From an uncultured Acidobacteriota bacterium (GTDB lineage: Bacteria > Acidobacteriota > Vicinamibacteria > Vicinamibacterales > CAVVIG01), in contig CAWEDP010000002.1 of assembly GCA_963807925.1 (NCBI GenBank), forward strand, positions 1,584,451 to 1,648,450: a DNA stretch of 64,000 nt, written 5' to 3'. Each line of letters opens with the position of its first letter. The first letter of the stretch is position 1. Below are positions 46,916 to 57,292 of the stretch, piece after piece. The notes below the pieces were generated by a model. It saw nothing but the letters and a program-made list of their open reading frames with translations, made no database searches and had not been told where the DNA came from. Both the position numbers and the translations under genes were made by a program.

Positions 46916-48256
46916 GTGCTGCCTTGTACCCGTCCGATCTCTGCGCGGCGCCGCGGCGGCGCCCTGCCTCTCTTGCCGGCTCTTCTGATTGCTGCCGTGG
47001 CATCGGCGGCGTGTACCGGGACAAGCGATTCGAGCGGACTTGCGGCCGGCCGCAAGGGCGCCGACGGGCGGGGGGCCGGCGCCTCCGTGCACGTCGAGAC
47101 CGCGCAGCCCAGCCGCATCAGCGTGGAACGGCGCGTCGAGCTGTCGGGCACGCTGGTCTCGCCCGATCAGGCCAAGGTGAGCGCCGAAGTGGCGGGCATC
47201 GTTCGCGACGTGCCGGTTCAGCTCGGCAGCGAAATCCGGGTCGGAGACGTGCTGGTCCGGATCGAGCCGCGCGAGCTCGCGCTCGCCCTCGAGCGTGCCG
47301 AGAGCGCGCTCCGGCAGGTCGAGGCGCAGCTGGGCATCGACCGCGCACAGGACGAGCAGCCGCCGCCCGACGATCAGATCGCGTCGGTCCTTCAGGCGAT
47401 GGCCAACCGCGACGACGCGCGGGCCGCGTTCGACCGCGCGCGACAGCTGAACGGCCGCGGCCTGCTGCCCAAGTCCGACCGCGACACGGCGGAGACGCGC
47501 CTCAAGGTCACCGAGGCGAACTACCAGGCCGCCGTCGACACGGTGCGCAGCCTCAAGGCCAGCCTCCAGGATCGGCGCGCCGCCTACGAGCTGGCCCAGA
47601 AGAAGCTCAACGACGCCGTCGTGCGCGCGCCGGTGGCCGGCTCGGTCGCCGAGCGGCTGGTGCAGCCCGGCGAGTACATCCGCGAGAACACGCCGGTGGC
47701 CACGATCGTCCAGATGCAGCCCTTGAAGCTCAAGACCGCGATTCAGGAGAAGCACGCGGGCGTCATCGCCCCCGGTCAGTCGGTCGACTTCATGGTCGAA
47801 GCGTTTCCGGGGCGGCTGTTCCACGGCACGGTGGCGTACGTGAGCCCCGCTGTCGATCAGGCGACGCGAACCTTCCCGGTCGAGGTGCTCGTCGACAACG
47901 CGGATCGGACGCTCAAGCCTGGATTCTTCGCCAATGGATCGGTGCTGACGCGGGTCGACGACAGCGTGCTCGCCGCGCCCGACGATGCGGTTTCGACGCT
48001 GGCGGGCGTGTCGACGGTGTTTGTCATCGAAGACGGGCGCGCGCGCCAGCAGCCAGTGACGCTCGGTGCGCGCAAGGACAGGCTGATCGAGATCGTGGAC
48101 GGGCTGCAGGGCAGCGAAGCGCTCGCGACGAGCAACGTGAACCAGCTCGCGACCGGGACCGCCGTCACCACCGGCGACGAGGCGGTGCCGGCGGGCCCCG
48201 GCCAGCGGCGCGCCGGCGCCGGCGGCCGCCGCGGCCGGCAGGGAGCAGGCCGATGA
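46916..48256 (+). CDS. RND/HlyD-family periplasmic adaptor lipoprotein (adaptor 3)
   Basis: GTG start with GGAAGG 9 nt upstream (the track begins at TTG 46898). Lipobox VASAAC. AKVSAEVAGIVRDVPVQLGSEIRVGDVLVRIEP...VVRAPVAGSVAER. Its stop overlaps the pump 4 start (ATGA). Confidence 0.85.
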   Translation: MLPCTRPISARRRGGALPLLPALLIAAVASAACTGTSDSSGLAAGRKGADGRGAGASVHVETAQPSRISVERRVELSGTLVSPDQAKVSAEVAGIVRDVPVQLGSEIRVGDVLVRIEPRELALALERAESALRQVEAQLGIDRAQDEQPPPDDQIASVLQAMANRDDARAAFDRARQLNGRGLLPKSDRDTAETRLKVTEANYQAAVDTVRSLKASLQDRRAAYELAQKKLNDAVVRAPVAGSVAERLVQPGEYIRENTPVATIVQMQPLKLKTAIQEKHAGVIAPGQSVDFMVEAFPGRLFHGTVAYVSPAVDQATRTFPVEVLVDNADRTLKPGFFANGSVLTRVDDSVLAAPDDAVSTLAGVSTVFVIEDGRARQQPVTLGARKDRLIEIVDGLQGSEALATSNVNQLATGTAVTTGDEAVPAGPGQRRAGAGGRRGRQGAGR

Positions 48257-51200
48257 AGCTCGCCGACGTCAGCGTCAGGCGGCCGGTCTTCGCGATCATG
48301 ATGACCGCCGCGCTCATCGTGCTCGGCGCCTTCTCGTACAAGGATCTCGGCCTCGATCTGATGCCGAAGACCGACCAGCCGGTGGTGAACGTGCAGGTCC
48401 AGCTGCCCGGCGCCAGCGCCGAGGAAGTGGAAACGCAGATCACCAAGCGGATCGAGGAGGCGGTCAACACGATCAGCGGGATCGACGAGCTGCGCGCCAG
48501 CTCCAATCAGGGCCAGGGGCAGGTGAGCATCACCTTTACGCTCGAGCGCGACATCGAGGCCGCCACCCAGGACGTCCGCGACAAGGTGGCCACCATCGTC
48601 GGGCGGTTTCCGCGCGACGCGGGGGCGCCGCAGATCCAGAAGCAGGATCCGGATGCCGCGCCGATCCTCCAGTTCAACGTGTTCGGGCCGCGCACGCAGA
48701 AGGAGATCACCGACATCGCCGACAAGCAGATCAAGCAGGTGGTGGAGACGGTGAAGGACGTCGGCGCCATCTCGCTGCAGGGCGAGCGCCGCCGCGAGAT
48801 CCAGCTGCTGCTGAACGCGGACCGGCTCAACGCCTACGGGCTGACCGTCGACCAGGTGCGCACCGCCATCACCCGGCAGAACGTCGAGGTGCCGGGCGGC
48901 AACTTCATCAGCGGGCCGTCGGAAGTGGCGCTGCGCACGCTCGGCCGCATCCGCAACGTCGACGATTTCAATCGCATCGTCCTGGCGTACCGCGAAGGAT
49001 CCGTCATCACGTTTGCGGACGTGGGGCGCGTGGAGGACGGCATCCAGGAGGTCCGCGGGATCAACAAGCTGAACGGCGAGTCGGCCGTGGGGCTCCAGGT
49101 CCGGAAGCAGTCGGGCACCAACACCGTCGAGGTCGTCGACCGCGTGCTCGACAAGTTGAGCCAGATCCAGGCGACGCTGCCCCCGGATCTCCGGATCAGC
49201 GTCGGCAACGACCAGTCGCGCTACATCCGCAAGTCGTTCGAGGAGATCAGGCTCCACCTCCTGCTCGGCGGGCTCCTCGCCAGCGTGGTCGTGTTCTTCT
49301 TCATCCGGAACCTGCGCGTCACCCTGATCGCGGCGCTCGCGGTGCCGACCTCCATCATCGGGACGTTCACGTTCATGAAAGTGTTCGGCTTCACGCTGAA
49401 CAACATGACGATGCTCGCGCTCTCGCTCGCCACCGGCATCGTCATCGACGATGCGATCGTGGTGCTCGAAAACGTGTTCCGGTTCGTGGAGGAGAAGGGG
49501 CTGTCGCCGAAGGAGGCGGCCGCCGACGCGACGGCGGAAATCGGTCTGGCGGTCATGGCGACGACCCTGTCGCTCGTCGTCATCTTCGTGCCGGTGGCGT
49601 TCATGACCGGGCAGATCGGCCGCTATTTCTACAGCTTCGGCATCACCTCGGCGGCCGCCATCCTGATCTCGATGTTCGTCTCCTTCACGCTCACGCCCGC
49701 GCTCTGCGCGACGTGGCTGAAGAAGGAGGACGCCCAGATCGGATCACTCCACGACCAAGTCGAGCGGGATGTACGCCGCGATGGATCGCCTCTACGGCCG
49801 CATGCTCGAGTGGTCGCTGCGCCATCGGCTGATCATGGTGACCATTGCCGGAGCCGTGGTCGCCTCGGCGGCGCTCCTGTACCCGTCGGTCGGCAAGGAG
49901 CTCGTGCCCGACGACGACCAGGGCGAGTTCAGCGTCAACATCCGCCTGCCGCGCGGCACCAGCCATCCGCGGACCGTGGAGTTCGTCGAGCCGATCGAGA
50001 AGGAGATCCTGGCGCTGCCCGATCTGAGCCGCGTGCAGGAGTTCATCGGCGCCGGGAACGCCAACTTCAACATCACCATGACGCCGCTCGAAGAGCGGAA
50101 GATCTCGCAGCAGGACCTGATGCGCCGCGTGCGGACGCTGCTCCGGAAGTACCAGGGTGTCCGGATGAGCGTCTCGGGCGGCACCGACATCTCCGGCGCC
50201 GCCACCGGCGGCGGGGGCGGCCGCGGGGGAGGGGGCGGCAGCAGCAACCGGCTCCAGCTCCTGATTCAGGGGCCCGACATCGAGCAACTGCAGCAGTACA
50301 CGACCCAGCTCATCGAGAAGGTTCGCACGATCGACGGCGTCGTCGACGTGGACTCCAACTTCGAGCCGACACAGCCGGAACTGCAGATTACCGTCGACCG
50401 CGCGCGGGCGGCCGACCTCGGCGTCAACATCGATTCGCTCGCCACGAATCTGCGGACGCTCGTCGGCGGCGAGGAGGTGTCGGAGTTCAAGGACGGCGAC
50501 GACCAGATCATCGTCCGGCTCCGGCTCGACGAGCAGTTCCGGAACAATCCGGCGGCGATGGGCGACCTCCTGGTGCCGGCGGGGCCGAACCGGATCGTCA
50601 AGGTGAGCGACGTCGCGTCGCTCAAGAACGACCGGGGCCCGGCGTCGATCGACCGCTACAACCGGCAGCGGCAGATCTCGATCCAGGCGAACATCGACCG
50701 CGTGCCGCTCGGCGAGGTGCTCGCCGCCGCGCGTACGCGGGTGGAGGAGCTGCACCTGAAAGCCGGATACCAGGCGGTGTTCGGCGGCAGCGCGCGCACG
50801 CTGAACGAGGCGTCGAACAACTTCGTCATCGCCATCGTCCTGTCGATCGCCTTCATCTACATGGTGCTGGCGTCGCAGTTCAACAGCTTCATCCACCCGC
50901 TGACCATCATGACGTCTCTGCCGCTCAGCCTCCCGGCCGGTCTGCTCGCGCTGATGGCGTTCGGCATGACGATCAACGTCTACAGCGCCATCGGGCTGAT
51001 GATGCTCTTCGGGATCGTGAAGAAGAACTCGATCCTGCAGGTCGACTACACCAACACGCTGCGTGCGCAGGGGATGGAGCGCCACGAGGCGCTCATCGCC
51101 GCCAACCACGTGCGGCTGCGCCCGATTCTGATGACGACGATTGCCATCATCGCCGGCATGATTCCGATCGCCCTCGGCAAGGGAGCCGGCGCCGGATCGC

Positions 51201-51379
51201 GGGCGTCGATGGCCATCACGATCCTCGGCGGCCAGGTGCTGTGCCTGCTGCTGACGCTGCTGGTGACGCCGGTCGTCTACTCGTATTTCGACGATCTGCG
51301 CGAATCGGCCCCGATGGCGGCCCTGCGCCGGGTGTGGCTGCAGAAGACGGGCCGCGGTGCGAAAGCGGCGGAGGCCTGA
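48253..51379 (+). pseudogene. RND efflux pump 4; 1-nt insertion as sequenced
   Basis: MKLADVSVRRPVFAIMMTAALIVLGAF... runs to ...LCATWLKKEDAQI. The frame breaks at ATCG[G]ATCAC (49741-49742) and continues as DHSTTKSSGMYAAMDRLYGRMLEWSL... (track ORF 49769..51379). Span 3127 nt = 3n+1. Confidence 0.9.
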
Positions 51380-51487
51380 GCGGGCCGCGGGAACCAGGCG
51401 CCCGGGGAAACGCCTTGCGGCCGCTCCCGGGAGGCGCGACAATGAGGCGCGGCCATCGAGGCGCACGCGCCGGTTCCGCGCGGCGCC

Positions 51488-51958
51488 ATGGCCGGCCCGG
51501 CGGCACTCGTGAGCACGACCCTGACCTCCAGCGACCTCATCGATCGCGTCCGCCGGAAGCGGGCCGAACTCGACAGCTTCCTGTCGGCCGCGGTCCCGCG
51601 CAAGCGCCGCCTGCTCAACGTGACCATTGTCGGCGGCACCCTCGCGGCGGCGCTGACGGCCGGTCCCGCCGCCGGCGGGCAGTCCTTCACCGCGTGGCTC
51701 ACCAAGACGCTGGCGCTGACCTCGCCGTCGTGGCGGCTGCTGTGCGCGTCGGCGACGGTGTGTTCGCTCATGGCCACCGTGGCCACCCAGCTCCTCAAGT
51801 CGCACCAGGTCGAGGAGAAGGTCACGCGCGCGCAGGCGTGCCGCGCCAAGCTCGAAGTGCTCGAGCTCGGTCTGGGCCTCGGGCAGATCGACCTCCGGCA
51901 GGCGAGCACCGAATACCTCCGCTGCGTGGAGGAGGCCGCCTTCCTGACCGCGTCCTGA
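51488..51958 (+). CDS. hypothetical 2-TM protein (helix, TM hairpin, helix; SLATT/DUF4231-like topology, unverified)
   Basis: Track ORF of 156 aa with very high GC3. Charged helix (DLIDRVRRKRAELDSFL), TM1 LLNVTIVGGTLAAALTAGPAA, TM2 WRLLCASATVCSLMATVATQLL, then an amphipathic C-terminal helix. Confidence 0.5.
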   Translation: MAGPAALVSTTLTSSDLIDRVRRKRAELDSFLSAAVPRKRRLLNVTIVGGTLAAALTAGPAAGGQSFTAWLTKTLALTSPSWRLLCASATVCSLMATVATQLLKSHQVEEKVTRAQACRAKLEVLELGLGLGQIDLRQASTEYLRCVEEAAFLTAS

Positions 51959-52000
51959 GCCCGCCGCGCGCGATGTCGGCCGGGTCGGGAACGTGCCCGC

Positions 52001-52504
52001 TCATCGCAAGTCACCGCTGCGGGCGGACGCCAGCAGGCGGCGGAGCTCGGCCACGGTCAGGCCGGTCACCGGATCCCGCAAATCGGGCGCCACCTCCGCC
52101 AGCGGGTCGAGCACGAACGCGCGCTCGCGAAATCGCGGATGGGGCACGACGAGGTCGGGCGGCGCATCGACGATCGCATCGCCCAACAGGATGAGATCCA
52201 GGTCGAGCGTCCGCGGCGCTGCCGCGTAGGGGCGTTCACGTCCGCGCTCGCGCTCGATCCCCAGCAGGCGGTCCAACAGCTCGCGCGCCGGGAGCGCGGT
52301 CGTGCCGGCGGCCGCGGCGTTCAGGAAGTCCGGCTGCTCGCCGGTGACGCCGGCCGGGGCTGTTTCGTGGTACGCGGACAGGCGGAGATCGTCGATCAGC
52401 GTCCGCAGGCGCGCCGCCGCGTAGTCGAGGTTGGAGCGGCGGTCTCCGAGGTTGCTGCCGAGCGCGACGGCGACGGGAACGTGCGGCGGCGTCAGCCGAT
52501 CCAC
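52001..52504 (-). CDS. folK: 2-amino-4-hydroxy-6-hydroxymethyldihydropteridine diphosphokinase
   Basis: GTG start (comp. 52502-52504). VAVALGSNLGDRRSNLDYAAARL...YETAPAG...FLNAAA...RPYAAAPRTLDLDLILLGD...LVVPHPRFRERAFVLDPLAEV. Confidence 0.85.
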   Translation of the reverse strand: MDRLTPPHVPVAVALGSNLGDRRSNLDYAAARLRTLIDDLRLSAYHETAPAGVTGEQPDFLNAAAAGTTALPARELLDRLLGIERERGRERPYAAAPRTLDLDLILLGDAIVDAPPDLVVPHPRFRERAFVLDPLAEVAPDLRDPVTGLTVAELRRLLASARSGDLR

Positions 52505-52926
52505 CGCGAGGGAAGGACTTCGCCTTGCGCCGGACCGGCCACGTCGGAGCGGCGGCCGAGCAGGTCGGTCCGCCCGGCGGACGCCTGGTCGAAGAAGCGC
52601 TTCTGCTCCAGCGTTTCGCCCAGGATGACGCGCAGCATGCCGCGATGGCGCGCGTCGGTCATCGCCTCCACGCGCGGACGCCATCGGTCGACGAAGGCCT
52701 GGGCGTCGCGTGCGTCCTCGTCGATGATGCCGGCCGCCCGGTCGGCGCCCTTCCCCTCACCGGGCCGCGCGGGCTCGGACTGCCGGGGGAGCGTGCCGCC
52801 CAGCATGTCGATCGCCTTGGCGACCCACGAGAGCTGCATCTCTTCGCGCGCGAGGATGTACTGGTAGGTGTTGTTCGCGTCGTACTGGGCGACCAGGCGC
52901 GCTCCGGCCTGGTGCTGCAGCATCAT
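52492..52926 (-). CDS. hypothetical protein (helical, no family recognised)
   Basis: Track ORF of 144 aa, MMLQHQAGARLVAQYDANNTYQYILAREEMQLSWVAKAI... It overlaps the folK start by 13 nt. The open frame continues 15 codons upstream to the dksA stop without ATG/GTG/TTG. Confidence 0.5.
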   Translation of the reverse strand: MMLQHQAGARLVAQYDANNTYQYILAREEMQLSWVAKAIDMLGGTLPRQSEPARPGEGKGADRAAGIIDEDARDAQAFVDRWRPRVEAMTDARHRGMLRVILGETLEQKRFFDQASAGRTDLLGRRSDVAGPAQGEVLPSRWIG

Positions 52927-52974
52927 CAGGAGCTTCTGGCGGTAGAACTCCTGGAGAAGCGGCAGAGGTCGCGT

Positions 52975-53311
52975 TCACGCGTTCTGCTTTTCCTTGCAGG
53001 TGATGCAGACGCGCGTCCACGGAATCGCATTGAGGCGCGCTTCGGCAATCGGCTCGCCGCAGTCGCGGCAGACGCCGTAGGTGCCCTTCTCGATCCGCCA
53101 CAGCGCCTCTTCGATCGCCTGCAGGATCTTCGCGTCGGTCTGCTTCAACTTCAGTTGAATGTGGACTTCGTTGTTGCCGCTTGCCTGATCCGCCATGTCG
53201 CCCTGGCGCGTGTTGTTCTCCATCGACGCCTGCAGCGGCTTGATGCCGCCGGTGCCGACGAATCTCGCCGCGCTTCCGGAGAAGCGCGTCCTTGAAGTGC
53301 TGCACGTCCAT
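52975..53311 (-). pseudogene. dksA: DksA/TraR-family C4 zinc-finger regulator; 1-nt insertion as sequenced
   Basis: MDVQHFKDALLRKRGEI (frame of track ORF 52757..54565), then VGTGGIKPLQASMENNTRQGDMADQASGNNEVHIQLKLKQTDAKILQAIEEALWRIEKGTYGVCRDCGEPIAEARLNAIPWTRVCITCKE (track ORF 52975..53415). The break is at GAGAT[T]CGTC (plus 53261-53262). Span 337 nt = 3n+1. Confidence 0.8.
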
Positions 53312-53421
53312 GCTCCCCTGAACCCCTCTTGGGCGGGCCCCCTCCCGGGACGCGCTCCCGGCCGAAGGCCCGCGCAGGGCCTGCGTCCGGCAGGACCCGC
53401 GTAACGCTCGATCATAGCATT

Positions 53422-54749
53422 TCACCGCAGGAACACGTATCGCGCGAGGAACGCCGCGGCGAACACGAGCACCAGCGGATGGATCTCGCGACGCCTGCCG
53501 GCGGCCGTTTTCAGCACCGCGAACGACACGAGGCCGAACGACACGCCCTCGGTGATGCTGACGGTGAGCGGCATGATCGCGAGCGTCAGGAACGCAGGAA
53601 TCGCCTCGGTCGGATCGTCCCACGCGACGCGCCGCAGGCCGCCGAGCATCATCGTGCCGACCAGAATCAGCGGAGGCGCAATCACGGGATAGAGCGTGGT
53701 CGTGCCGGTCGCGTAGCCGCCGCCGACCATCCGCACGAGCGGATAGAAGAGCAGCGACAGCAGGAAGAGGCCGGCCGTCACCACGCTCGCCAGGCCGGTC
53801 CGGCCGCCGGCCGCGACGCCCGCGCCGCTCTCGATGTACGCCGTCACCGTGGAGGTGCCGAGCAGGGCGCCGGCCACGGTGCCGATCGCATCGGCGAGGA
53901 GCGCCTCGCGGGCGCGCGGCAGCGTCCCGCCGCGCATCAGCCCCGCCTGTTCGCCGACGCCGACCAGCGTGCCCACCGAATCGAACAGCGCCAGCAGGAA
54001 GAACACGAGCACGACGGCGACCATCCCCGGCGCGAACGCGCCGGCGATGTCGAGGCGCATGAAGGTGGGCGCGAGCGACGGCGGCGCGCCCGCCAGGCCC
54101 TGGTACCTGCACGATGCCGAGCGCGAGGCCCGCCCCGGTGCTCGCGAGAATGCCCCAGAGCAGCGCGCCCGGGACCCGCCGCGCCATCAGCACCGCCGTC
54201 AGCGCCAGCGCCGCGACCGCCAGCAGCACGGGCCGGCTGTGCAGGTCGCCGAGCGTCACCAGCGTGCCGGGCGCGGCCACGACGAGGCCCGCCCATTGCA
54301 GCCCGATCATCGCGATCAGCAGGCCGATGCCGCCGGCGATCGCGTGCTTGATGGGCTCGGGGATCGCCGTGATCAGACGCTCGCGCAGGCCGATCCCGGC
54401 GGTGAGGATGAACACGAGGCCGGCCACCGCCACCCCGCCGAGCGCGATGGGCCACGGCACCTTCATGCCGACGACGACCGAGTAGGCGAAGAAGAAGTTG
54501 TGCCCCATCGCGGGGGCGACCGCGATTGGATAGTTGGCCAGCAGCGCCATCAGGAGCGGTCGCAAACGCGGTCGCCAGGCACGTCGCCGTGAGCACGGCG
54601 CCGAAATCCATCCCGGCCGCCGACAGCACCGTCGGCTGCACGAAGATGATGTACGCCATCGTCAGAAACGTGGTGAGGCCGGCGACCACCTCGGTGCGGA
54701 CCGTGGTGCCGTGCGCCGTGAGCGCGAATTGCGAGTCGAGCAGGCGCAT
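53422..54749 (-). pseudogene. NCS2-family purine (adenine/guanine/hypoxanthine) permease, AzgA-like; two frame breaks as sequenced
   Basis: MRLLDSQFALTAHGTTVRTEVVAGLTTFLTMAYIIFVQP...CLATAFAT | LLMALLANYPIAVAPAMGHNFFFAYSVV...LALGIVQ | YQGLAGAPPSLAPTFMRLDIAGAF... spans three track frames. Breaks at plus ~54557 and ~54106. Span 1328 nt = 3n+2. Confidence 0.85.
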
Positions 54750-54756
54750 CCGGGCG

Positions 54757-57292
54757 CTATTCCGCGCGGAGCGTCGCGAGCGGTTTGTTGCGCAGCACGT
54801 CGAGGCTCGACACGACGCCGATGGTGGCGACCAGGATCGCGGTGAGGGCGACGCCGCCCACGTGCTCGCCCAGAAACAGCCGCCACGGGATATCGAGCGC
54901 GTAGCGGCTGACGCCCCAGGTGAGCGCCACCGCCCCGAGCGACCCGACCACGCCCGCCAGCGCTCCGAGCACGCCGTACTCGAACAGCAGCATGCGGGCG
55001 ATCGTGCGGGTGTTGGCGCCGAGCGTCTTCAGCACCGCGGCTTCGTAGACCCGCTGGAACTTGGTCATCGCGACGGCGCCGATGAGAATGAGCGCGCCGC
55101 TGAACAGCACCAGGCCGCCGACGACGGTGATCGCCAGGGTCACCTTGGACATGATGTCGCGCACCGTCTCCAGGATCTCGTGGAAGTCGATGACCGAGAC
55201 GTTGGGAAACTTCTCGACCAGATCGTGCTGGAACCGGGCGCGCGCGGCGGCGCCGTCCGGGCCCTTGATCGGCGCGATGTAGGTCTGCGGGGCCTGCTCG
55301 AGGGTGCCGGGGCGGAACACGAACATGAAGCCGCCGCTCCGCGCGTCGCGCCAGTCGACCTCGCGGATGCTCGTGACCCTCGCCGTGATCATGCGTCCCG
55401 CCGACGTCGAACCGGATCGTGTCGCCGAGGTTGATCGAGAACCGCTCGTGGATGCCCTGCTCGACCGAGACCTCCGGATCCGGCGACGGATCCGACGGGA
55501 ACGTGCCCTGCACGATGCGCTCGTTCGACTCGAGGGCGCCGCGATAGGTAATCGTGTACTCGCGCGCCAGCGAGCCGCGCGCCCGCACGTCCTCGAACGA
55601 CTCGAGGTTCGTCGTGCGGCCCCTGACCGCCGTGATGCGGGCCCGCAGGACCGGAATGAGCCGCGATTGACCGGCGCCGTTCGCCGGGTCGGCCAGAAAG
55701 GCGCGCACGCCGTCGGCCTGCTCCGGCTGGATGTCGATCAGGAACATGTCGGGCGCGTCCTGCGCGATCTGGACCGAGAACTCCTCGAGCAGGCTCGCCT
55801 GCAGCGATCGCACGCCGACCACGAAGAACGCCCCGAGCCCGACCGCGAAGCAGGATCACGCGCGTCTGGTTGCCGGGCCGCGACAGGTGCAGCACGGCGT
55901 GACGCAGCGGAAACGACGGCGACTCGGCCAGCGGCGCCATCAGCGCGATGAGCAGCCGGCCGGCCAGCTGCAGCGCGACGGCCAGCGCCGCAAAGCCGAC
56001 CGACACGACGATGCCGACGCGCAGCGAGCCGGCCTGCCAGCCGGCGACGGCGACGAGCCCGACCGACACGAGCGCCAGGACGGCCGCCTGCGTCCAGTCG
56101 CGTGCCCGGGGCGGCGCCTCGTCGCGCAGGAGCAGCGACGGCTTGACGTACCGGACCTGCATCAGCGGCACCAGCGAGAACAGCAGCGACACCAGCACGC
56201 CGATGGCGATCCCCTGCGCGGCGGCGCTCCACGTCAGGCCGTAGTCGGCCTCCGCCAGAATCGACGTCGACGATCCGAGCGCCACCGGAATGGCGGCGAG
56301 CGTCGCCCGCGCGAGCAGGATGCCCAGCAGGCTGCCGGCCAGCCCGAGCGCGATCACCTGCAGCAGGTAGACGGCCATGATCTGGCCGCTCCGCGCGCCG
56401 ACGCATTTGAGCACCGCGATGCTCGCGGATCTTCTGCATGATGAACACCCGCGTCACGCTCGACACCGCAATGCCGCCGAGGATCACGATCACCAGACCG
56501 ACCATGCTCAGGTAGTTCTCCGCCCGATCGAAGTCGCGGCCGACCTCGTCGTCGTTGGATCGGTAGGAGCGCGCGGCGATGTACTGCGCGCGGAAATCGC
56601 GGCGCAACGCGCGCACGAGCGGGTCGATCTCCTGATCGGGCACCCGGACGAGCAGCACGCGGCGCGCCCGGCTGCCGACGTTCAGGAGCCCGGTCGAGGG
56701 CAGATCGTCGTAGTCGATGAGCACGCGCGGCCCGAGGCTGAAGCCGCCCACCCGCCGTCCCGGCTCGGTCGTGATCACGCCGCGGATGGTGAACCTCGCC
56801 TGGCCGATCGCCAGAGCGTCGCCCACCTTCAGGTCGAGGGCGGTGAGCAGCTCCGGACGCACGAGCACGCCGTGGTGCTGCAGCAGCGAATAGGAGTAGG
56901 CCCGGCCGCTCTCGAGCCCGAGCGTCCCGTACAAGGGGAAGCCCGTCTGAACGGCCCGCAGCTCCACCATGCGGGCGAGCGGGCGGCCGTCCGCGGGTCG
57001 CGACATCGTCGGCGTCTCGACCGACTCGGTCCACTCGGTGACGCCGTTCTCCGCGAAGCGATGTTCGATGGTCTGGCGGGCCTCGCTCGTCCACTCGCGC
57101 ATTGGTGGACACGAGGACGTCGGCGGCAATCAGCGCCTTGGCCTCCTTCCCGAAGACGCCGCGGACGCTCTGGATCACCGACCGCAGCGTGACGATGGCG
57201 GCCACCCCGACCGCGATGCACAGGAAGAAGAACAGCAGACGCTTCCACGACGCCCGCGTCTCCCGCACCGCCATGCTGATCACGAAGGTCAC
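54757..57292 (-). pseudogene. YbbP-like double-FtsX-domain ABC permease; four frame breaks as sequenced
   Basis: Five colinear fragments: [29 protein letters not shown]...ADVLVSTN | REWTSEARQTIEHRF...VFIMQKIRE | IAVLKCVGARSGQIMAVYLLQ...RPGNQTRVILL | AVGLGAFFVVGVRSLQASLLEEF...RFDVGG | MITARVTSIREVDW...LRNKPLATLRAE. Breaks at plus ~57101, ~56421, ~55848 and ~55395. Span 2536 nt = 3n+1 (= +4). The GTG start overlaps the ATPase stop (GTGA). Confidence 0.85.

Noticed and set aside
46924-52194. 1756-aa track ORF spanning adaptor 3, RND4 and the next gene
   Set aside because: Only the 48253-49740 part is real (RND4 N-terminal half). The rest is Arg/Ala/Gly/Pro-rich out-of-frame translation that stays open only because of the GC bias.
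52927-52977. The dksA stop TGA is in the same frame as the downstream 144-aa ORF, whose helix seems to start before its first ATG. With selB in the genome this raised the question of Sec or read-through fusion.
   Set aside because: DksA ends at its normal position after the C4 zinc finger. The only nearby hairpin (GGAGUUCU/AGAAGCUCC) starts about 24 nt after the UGA and has an ACCGCC loop, unlike bacterial SECIS elements as I recall them. Being in the same frame is a 1-in-3 coincidence.
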